Positions 60,042-64,000 of a DNA stretch of 64,000 nt are shown one piece after another. Under the pieces are notes generated by a model. It searched no databases and had not been told where the DNA came from. It saw nothing but the letters and a program-made list of their open reading frames with translations. The position numbers and the translations under genes were made by a program. The stretch spans positions 2,688,001 through 2,752,000 of the forward strand of contig OZ242311.1 of the NCBI GenBank assembly GCA_965207885.1, read 5' to 3'. This DNA comes from Candidatus Latescibacterota bacterium. GTDB lineage: Bacteria > Latescibacterota > UBA2968. The first letter of the stretch is position 1. The number at the start of each line of letters is the position of its first letter.

Positions 60042-60209
60042 ATAATCGCCACCGGTGTCGTCGGGGTGACCCTCGAAAACGCGAAGGAACGTCAGGAGCA
60101 AGGGTTCAAAATGGTTGCATTAGGTTCAGAGGCAGGCCTGCTCATTCGCTGCGTGCGAGAAAGCATGGAATCTCTCGGACGTGATGTGAAACCACACCTG
60201 TGGTTATAG
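60042..60209 (+). pseudogene. C-terminal remnant of an HpcH/HpaI aldolase-like gene
   Basis: IATGVVGVTLENAKERQEQGFKMVALGSEAGLL...* resembles the HpcH/HpaI C-terminus; no start or N-terminal domain. Confidence 0.6.
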
Positions 60210-60275
60210 ATTTTGAGCGATTAAAATAAAGGGGAAAGAGAAATTCAGTCATACAAGTCGACATTTCGGCATTGC

Positions 60276-60310
60276 AAAAAAAGAGGCTATCCAATAGGGA
60301 TAGCCTCTTT
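60276..60310. terminator. Bidirectional Rho-independent terminator
   Basis: aaagaggctatcc-aatag-ggatagcctcttt 13-bp stem with an A tract, between convergent genes. Confidence 0.8.
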
Positions 60311-60339
60311 GTCTATATTCGTTGTATAAAATAGTCACG

Positions 60340-60801
60340 TCAAGATGACACGTCTCTATTTCCTCCCAATTCGTCTACATCGGCGAGATCTTTGGGGCGA
60401 GCGGAGGCGCGTTTGTTTTTAATAAGATCTGCCAGAGAAATATAGAACACGGGTGTTTCTCCATAAATTCCAGAGATGCGATTCTGCCAGACCTCTTCAA
60501 ACGTAAGGCCACTGATGCTGTTCATCATTTCGATTCTTACAGGCGCAATCCCCATTCTAACAATGTTGCCAGAATCGGCAAACTCTGTGGCTTGCGCTTC
60601 AGTTGTAGCCAAACCGAATCGGTCAAGTGCATGGCGAATGTGATTGATATTTTCTCGGGTATTTCGAAAAAAGAGATCCAGATCATCGGTTGCTCGGGCA
60701 TAGCCATGGAATGCAACAGCATATCCACCGACAATCACAAATTCAACTGTCTCCGCGTTTAACAATTGTAAGAACTCTTCGAAGTCGTTGTGGATATTCA
60801 C
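60340..60801 (-). CDS. Nucleotidyltransferase-fold protein (DUF6036-like)
   Basis: VGGYAVAFHG, RATDDLD, KRASARPKDLAD. Confidence 0.75.
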   Translation of the reverse strand: MNIHNDFEEFLQLLNAETVEFVIVGGYAVAFHGYARATDDLDLFFRNTRENINHIRHALDRFGLATTEAQATEFADSGNIVRMGIAPVRIEMMNSISGLTFEEVWQNRISGIYGETPVFYISLADLIKNKRASARPKDLADVDELGGNRDVSS

Positions 60802-60934
60802 GGTGGGTTACCTTACACATCTCCTGGCGTAAATCCTCAAGGAGCGAAACGCGTTCGTCCCCTGTAAGATGTCGGGTATGGTCGCAGGCTTTTTCATTGG
60901 GATCAAATTTTGAAATTGTCAGAACACGTTTCAT
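60743..60934 (-). CDS. Small protein paired with the nucleotidyltransferase
   Basis: 63 aa with RBS gagg; LTGDERVSLLEDLR pattern; overlaps the NTase start. Confidence 0.55.
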   Translation of the reverse strand: MKRVLTISKFDPNEKACDHTRHLTGDERVSLLEDLRQEMCKVTHREYPQRLRRVLTIVKRGDS

Positions 60935-60973
60935 AGGACAAACCTCAAAGGAATAACTTCACCAACACAAATG

Positions 60974-61002
60974 AATATAGCCCATCAGCATAAGCGCGTC
61001 AA
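60974..61002 (-). promoter_or_regulatory. Sigma70 promoter of the small protein/NTase pair
   Basis: TTGACG-17-TATATT. Confidence 0.6.
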
Positions 61003-61038
61003 CGAATCACAGAAATATCAAAAAGATTTGATTCCTTC

Positions 61039-61893
61039 TTAAACAACCGGTCTGATCTCTGGCGCGCCATTCTCTTCACACCACGGCGTAAGTGGGCTAT
61101 CTCCACCGCCAGCTTTGTACCCCTCTATCTTTGGATATCTTTCACCCACCAAATACCGACCCAATTCATCCAGTTTATCCATAAAGGCAGGCTCTTGACT
61201 CCGATAGTCCAGCGGCATCACCCAACGATAGCCATAACCAATCATGATCGCCTTTCGCATGTTACCCGATGTGTTTATACCTGCTGCATGCCCGGTTCGA
61301 TTTTCAAAGAACAGGCAATCACCCGCCTTTAAAGAAGCCTCAACATAACCTTTTGGTCCAGGCTCTCCTTCAGGGACTTCAATGGGGTTGCTGTGGCGAT
61401 TGGAGCCAGGCGCAACCAGCGTCACACCCGAGTTTGGTTCGGTCAGATCATTGAGATAAAACGCGCACTTTAACAAAACACGGGGCACATGATTTCCCAA
61501 TACTTTTGTCGCTGCACCATAATCGCGATGCCATCCGACCCGCCGAACTTTCTTCGAGGGATCGGAAGAGCCTCTATAAGCAAGTTGTGATACCATCAGT
61601 TGGATATGTGCACCCAAAAGCTGTACCGCAACCGACAGCGATTTGGCGTGGGTTAGCAGGGGAATAAAAGCATCATCTTTCACAATACAATTCTTAAAGC
61701 CCAGTCGTCCCGTGCGCATGTGTTGGTCGTCACTCGCAATCAACCGATCAGCAGCCTCAACGACCCGGTCAATCATGTCCTGATCGAGCACGTCGCGCAC
61801 AATGAGATAGCCTTGCTCATCAAACTGCCTGATTTCTTGCGCTGAAAGCGCATACCAGTCCAGATCAATTGACGATTCTGTCATCTGAGCCAT
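61039..61893 (-). CDS. PhyH family dioxygenase
   Basis: EQGYLIV, GWHRD, APGSN, GDCLFF, GHAA; start after aaaggag. Confidence 0.85.
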   Translation of the reverse strand: MAQMTESSIDLDWYALSAQEIRQFDEQGYLIVRDVLDQDMIDRVVEAADRLIASDDQHMRTGRLGFKNCIVKDDAFIPLLTHAKSLSVAVQLLGAHIQLMVSQLAYRGSSDPSKKVRRVGWHRDYGAATKVLGNHVPRVLLKCAFYLNDLTEPNSGVTLVAPGSNRHSNPIEVPEGEPGPKGYVEASLKAGDCLFFENRTGHAAGINTSGNMRKAIMIGYGYRWVMPLDYRSQEPAFMDKLDELGRYLVGERYPKIEGYKAGGGDSPLTPWCEENGAPEIRPVV

Positions 61894-61924
61894 TGTTTGC
61901 TCTCCTTTCATTTTGGCGCGGTGG

Positions 61925-63538
61925 TCATTCTCCCGTAACATTCGGGATGAGTGCCGACAAGCCCAGGTTTGTTAGCCGCTCGATTTCCTCCTGGAGTTCG
62001 TCGCCCTCCAGCGGACCCGCGTAGGGGGCCTGCTCGAAGCGACATGGAGACTCCACCAGGCGTGGGTCGTCGTTCTCCCGCAGAAGACCCATAAGTTCGT
62101 TCGCCAGGTCTTTGCGGATCTGCTCGTAGTCCGGGTTCGTGGCGACATTGTTCATGTAGTGGGGATCGACCCGAAGGTCGTAGAGTTCCTCTCGAGGACG
62201 CTTGCCGAAGCCGATTTCAAAGAGGGGCTGTACATCTTCGTCGGCGCGGTGGTGAATCATCCAGGCCTTGGTTGGCCCCCCATCCATGTCGGAATACGCC
62301 GGGCGCGAACTGGCCAGGAGACTGTCCCAGGACGGCGCATCCGCATTGGGGTCGTCGAGCCCTCGCGGGTCCCCCACGGGCCAACGGTCGGGCTCAAAGT
62401 TGTGGATGTAGAGAAAGTCCCGGGTGCGGATCGCACGCATCGGATAAGGCATGCCATCTCTCGCCATGACATTGTGGCGCTCCCGCCCCGTAACGACGGC
62501 CGTGCGCTCTGCTTCTACCTGTCCACTCCTGTTGCTTTCGAGCACAGGTAGAAGGCTGCGAGCCGTCATGCTGTCTGGGATGTCAACGCCCGCGGCGTCG
62601 AGGAAAGTGGGCGCCAGATCCATCAGGTTGACGAAGTCATCGACGACGCGGGCGGAAGGGATGCGTTCCGGCCACCGAGCGGCCAGCGCTACCTCGCAAC
62701 CGATGTTGTAAAGGTTGCACTTGGCGCGCGGGAAGCCCGGAATGCCGTGGTCCCCACTGACGACGATGAGTGTATTGTCCAGCTCGCCGATGGCCTCGAG
62801 GCGCTCGATCAGGACACCCAGACCAGCATCTACCGCCAGACACTCACCCAGATAGTCGTTCACGTCTTCACGGATGTCGTGGACGTCGGGGAGGAAGGCC
62901 GGAAGGCGACCTTCTAGGTCGTCGGGCTCCAGCCCCCATAGCGCCTTGCCGGAACCGCGCTCCCAGGTTCGGTGGGTGTTGGTCGGACCCCACCAGTAGC
63001 AGAAGGGCTTTCCCTTGGGCCTCGCCTCCAGAAAGGCGTCGAAGTTCTGCCGCGTCTCTTCGAGGAGCATCTCTTTGGCCCCGTCGATTCCGAGTTCAGA
63101 TGCCCGTTCGGTCGCGACGTGGGAGAAGCGGTTGTACAGCCTGCCTGCCTGCTCGTACCGCGTGCGCTCTGCGCCGTAGGGGGCGTTCATGGTCCTTCCC
63201 GGAGACCAGACCTTGTACGTGTACCCGATGTGGTAGCCATTTTCCTCGAGAATGAGGGGATAGGTCGGAATGGTCTCGTCCCACACAGCGCCCTGCAGGA
63301 TGGCGCCGAGGCCCGTCTGCCAGAAGTACTGCCCCGAGAGGATGGAACTCCGGCAGGGCGTGCAACTGGGCGCCGGAACAAAGGCGTTTCGGAAGAGCAC
63401 ACCTTCCTTGGCAATCCGGTCGAAGTTTGGGGTGTCGAGGAGTGCGTTAATCGCGTTTTCGCCCTCGACGGGACGGTATGCGCTGGCATAACGTCCCCAG
63501 TCGTCCGCAAAGGCAAAGAGTATGTTGGGGGGCATCAA
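61925..63538 (-). CDS. Sulfatase (N-sulfoglucosamine sulfohydrolase-like)
   Basis: PNILFAFADD, CTPCR, GDHG, GRERH, YPMRAIRT. Confidence 0.9.
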   Translation of the reverse strand: MMPPNILFAFADDWGRYASAYRPVEGENAINALLDTPNFDRIAKEGVLFRNAFVPAPSCTPCRSSILSGQYFWQTGLGAILQGAVWDETIPTYPLILEENGYHIGYTYKVWSPGRTMNAPYGAERTRYEQAGRLYNRFSHVATERASELGIDGAKEMLLEETRQNFDAFLEARPKGKPFCYWWGPTNTHRTWERGSGKALWGLEPDDLEGRLPAFLPDVHDIREDVNDYLGECLAVDAGLGVLIERLEAIGELDNTLIVVSGDHGIPGFPRAKCNLYNIGCEVALAARWPERIPSARVVDDFVNLMDLAPTFLDAAGVDIPDSMTARSLLPVLESNRSGQVEAERTAVVTGRERHNVMARDGMPYPMRAIRTRDFLYIHNFEPDRWPVGDPRGLDDPNADAPSWDSLLASSRPAYSDMDGGPTKAWMIHHRADEDVQPLFEIGFGKRPREELYDLRVDPHYMNNVATNPDYEQIRKDLANELMGLLRENDDPRLVESPCRFEQAPYAGPLEGDELQEEIERLTNLGLSALIPNVTGE

Positions 63539-63556
63539 TTATCCATTCAACAATTT

Positions 63557-64000
63557 TTAAAAGTTAGCGGACAGTTCGATTCTCTTCATCACCCGCTCCA
63601 ATACCCACACCCTGACGATGCCGTCCCGCTGCCCACCAAGCCCGCTTGTGTAATTGTTCTTTTCGAGTTGCGCATTGTGTTCCGGTCCGAACATCTCCTG
63701 TTTATTTATGGCCTGCTCCAGGGCGGGAATAAGCGGTTTCATGGGCTGGAGTTCTTCGCGGCTGCGGTATGACAGATAGGCACCGGCTCGTAGCCGCGCC
63801 CAGAGGATATCGCTCGACAGCGCGTGCTCAAAAGCAGGCAGGGCAAGGGCGCCTTCGCCTGCCCGCACCAGATAGTCCCCAGCGGCCAGGCTGACGCTGA
63901 TTGAGGGATCGTCAAGGAGGGGGGACAGGCGCTCGATCATCGCGCGTTCCACACCGAGTGAGCAAAGGCCGGTAACAGCCCAGAAACGCACGGCGCTGTC
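63557..64000 (-). CDS. C-terminal HEAT-repeat part of a gene running off the window (possibly a sulfatase-HEAT fusion)
   Basis: AVRFWAVTGL and LLDDPSISVSLAAG HEAT-like repeats. Confidence 0.5.
   Translation of the reverse strand, partial: DSAVRFWAVTGLCSLGVERAMIERLSPLLDDPSISVSLAAGDYLVRAGEGALALPAFEHALSSDILWARLRAGAYLSYRSREELQPMKPLIPALEQAINKQEMFGPEHNAQLEKNNYTSGLGGQRDGIVRVWVLERVMKRIELSANF

Noticed and set aside
1-64000. Classical integron or CRISPR array
   Set aside because: No intI, no recurring RYYYAAC...GTTRRRY attC-like palindromes in spacers, and no regularly spaced direct repeats or cas genes.

Overview
A 64-kb window of almost purely catabolic enzyme genes, about 54 coding regions, mostly on the minus strand in long co-oriented runs. 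It is probably from a diderm heterotroph, and the sulfatase/PhyH excess recalls Poribacteria/Latescibacterota-type marine symbionts (inference). It holds 12 intact Cys-type sulfatases, 9 PhyH-like Fe(II)/2-oxoglutarate dioxygenases, 2 enolase-superfamily enzymes, 2 Gfo/Idh/MocA oxidoreductases, 2 TIM-barrel isomerases, 2 C-N hydrolases, several glycoside hydrolase/lyase-like proteins, one RND efflux operon and a small nucleotidyltransferase pair. I found no integrase, transposase, attC site, tRNA, rRNA or CRISPR array. The main signal is in the short spacers. Many are built from 'ghost' gene ends (RBS plus first codons, last codons plus stop, occasionally internal pieces). Several match genes elsewhere in this window but differ mainly at synonymous positions. 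One 447-bp pseudogene collapses a three-gene 4.1-kb block in order, and two otherwise different sulfatases share a 55-nt 5' end. Base composition also appears to jump from gene to gene. Together this suggests an integrase-independent, homology/microhomology-driven array that swaps single enzyme genes from a shared pool behind a few resident promoters. All identities were counted by eye and family calls come from motif recognition, not database searches.
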